DNA of 64,000 bases from an uncultured Verrucomicrobiae bacterium (GTDB lineage Bacteria > Verrucomicrobiota > Verrucomicrobiia > Chthoniobacterales > JAFAMB01). The translations under genes were made by a program, and so were the position numbers. Of the stretch, positions 62,768-64,000 are shown piece by piece. The notes under the pieces are model-generated. The model had not been told where the DNA came from. It saw only the letters and a program-made list of their open reading frames with translations, and made no database searches. Every line of letters begins with the position of its first letter. Position 1 is the stretch's first letter. Location: assembly GCA_963762565.1 (NCBI GenBank), contig CAVXLD010000002.1:1-64000 (forward strand), written 5' to 3'.

Positions 62768-63895
62768 TTATTTCGGTTCTATCGTTTCGAAATAGTGCTG
62801 GGCGCCGTCTTTGATCGTGATGATCACGGCGGACTTATTGGCATTTCGCTCAGGATTGATCGTGATACTGCCGGTTACCCCTGGGAAATCTTTGGTGCTG
62901 GCGATGGCGTCGCGCAATTTCTCCGGATCCGTACCTCCCGCTCGTTTGATCGCGTCAGCCAGCAGATTAACGGCGTCGTAACCGAGGGCAGCGAAAGCGT
63001 CGGGTAGCTTGCCATTGTATTTCTGTTTGTATTTCTGGACGAATTCTTGAACAGCAGGCGATTTGCCTTCCGTGGAGAAATGGTTCGAGAAGTAGGAGCC
63101 TTCAATCGCCTTGCCGGCCACAGGGATCAACGAAGCTCCGTCCCAACCATCGCCACCGCAGAAGGCGGCTTTGATACCGAGCTGCCGGCCTTGCCGAACG
63201 ATCAGGGAGACCTCCGGATAATAACCGGTTATAATGATGACATCCGGGTTAGCCGACTTGATATCGGTCAGTTGCGCGCGGAAATCCTTGTCCCCGGAGC
63301 TATAGCTCTGTTCCTTGACGATCTGGCCGCCGTTTTTCAGGAAATAATCTTTGGCGAACTGGGTGAGCCCGACGCTGTAGTCCTGTTTCACATCCGTCAT
63401 GAAAGCGACTTTGTTCTTGTGCAGCTTTTCCAGCACAAAACGCGCGATCACGACCGCCTGAAAGTCATCAATAAAACAGACCCGGAAAATGTAGTCACCA
63501 ACTTGAGTCACCTTCGGATTCGTGGCCGCCGTGGCGATTAGAGGGATCTTGTTCTCTTGGGCGACCGGTGCTGCTTCCAGAGTCTTCGAAGAAGCAACTT
63601 CTCCGATCAACGCCACGACATGATCCTGAGAAATCAGCTTTCGGACGATCGTGGTCGTCTGGCCCTGCTTGGTCTGATTGTCCTCGACCGTCAGATCGAT
63701 CTTTTTGCCGAGAACACCGCCGGCATTATTGATTTCTTCCACCGCCATTTGGACTCCTTCGTTTTGCGAAGTGCCAAAGCTGGCGTTGTCGCCGGTTAAA
63801 GAACCAAACTCGCCGATTTTGATGGTATCCTGCGAAAAGGCAGGAAGACACAGCCCCAGAAAGGAGCACAGGGAAAGGAACAGCCGCCGTTTCAT
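62768..63895 (-). CDS. LivK/LivJ-like binding protein 1
   Basis: Signal peptide; IKIGEFGSLTG, YIFRVCFID. Confidence 0.93.
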   Translation of the reverse strand: MKRRLFLSLCSFLGLCLPAFSQDTIKIGEFGSLTGDNASFGTSQNEGVQMAVEEINNAGGVLGKKIDLTVEDNQTKQGQTTTIVRKLISQDHVVALIGEVASSKTLEAAPVAQENKIPLIATAATNPKVTQVGDYIFRVCFIDDFQAVVIARFVLEKLHKNKVAFMTDVKQDYSVGLTQFAKDYFLKNGGQIVKEQSYSSGDKDFRAQLTDIKSANPDVIIITGYYPEVSLIVRQGRQLGIKAAFCGGDGWDGASLIPVAGKAIEGSYFSNHFSTEGKSPAVQEFVQKYKQKYNGKLPDAFAALGYDAVNLLADAIKRAGGTDPEKLRDAIASTKDFPGVTGSITINPERNANKSAVIITIKDGAQHYFETIEPK

Positions 63896-63952
63896 TAGGC
63901 GGATATAACGAATCGTTGAGCAAACTGCAATGGGGTTTGTAGTGGGAGTGCA

Positions 63953-64000
63953 GGTAGGGCGAGGCTCCGGAACGGCCTGCCTATATCTGCGGAGAGCTTT
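63953..64000. repeat. Family A copy 8, left terminus (cut by window end)
   Basis: GGTAGGGCGAGGCTCCGGAACGGCCT. Confidence 0.8.

Noticed and set aside
12160..64000. Family A copies as integron attC sites or complete IS elements
   Set aside because: They lie between core operon genes, lack RYYYAAC/GTTRRRY ends and encode no transposase

Overview
64 kb of a GC-rich bacterial chromosome. It is probably Verrucomicrobiota (Spartobacteria/Chthoniobacterales-like), an inference from signal-peptide style, ACIII operon layout and repeat families. Scattered single-base frameshifts, also present in core respiratory genes, look like consensus errors. Positions 1-9323 are the right end of an integrative element: a tyrosine integrase lies beside a 3' fragment of tRNA-Gly(GCC). 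Its cargo includes a repeat surface protein, several small exported proteins and a three-gene cassette (TIGR04255-like protein, small protein, PemK-like 'SNTCD' protein), my best candidate for an undescribed defence or toxin-antitoxin system. Core regions follow: ltaE, hisJQMP-type ABC transporter, rbsK, an HxlR/SnoaL/NmrA unit, system II cytochrome c maturation and two vapBC modules. An ~17.5 kb respiratory superoperon runs actABCDEFG, a CcoN-like protein lacking all six metal-ligand histidines, a CcoO-like protein, a cytochrome c, coxBA, ctaA, ctaB and coxC. The window ends with pnp, rpsO, a type III PKS with an atypical ACP, a UvrD/PcrA helicase and a liv operon. Intergenic DNA is dense with nested REP-like hairpin elements that have conserved anchors and variable internal segments, often flanked by inverted heptamer arrays. 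Two heptamer arrays lie inside coding sequence.
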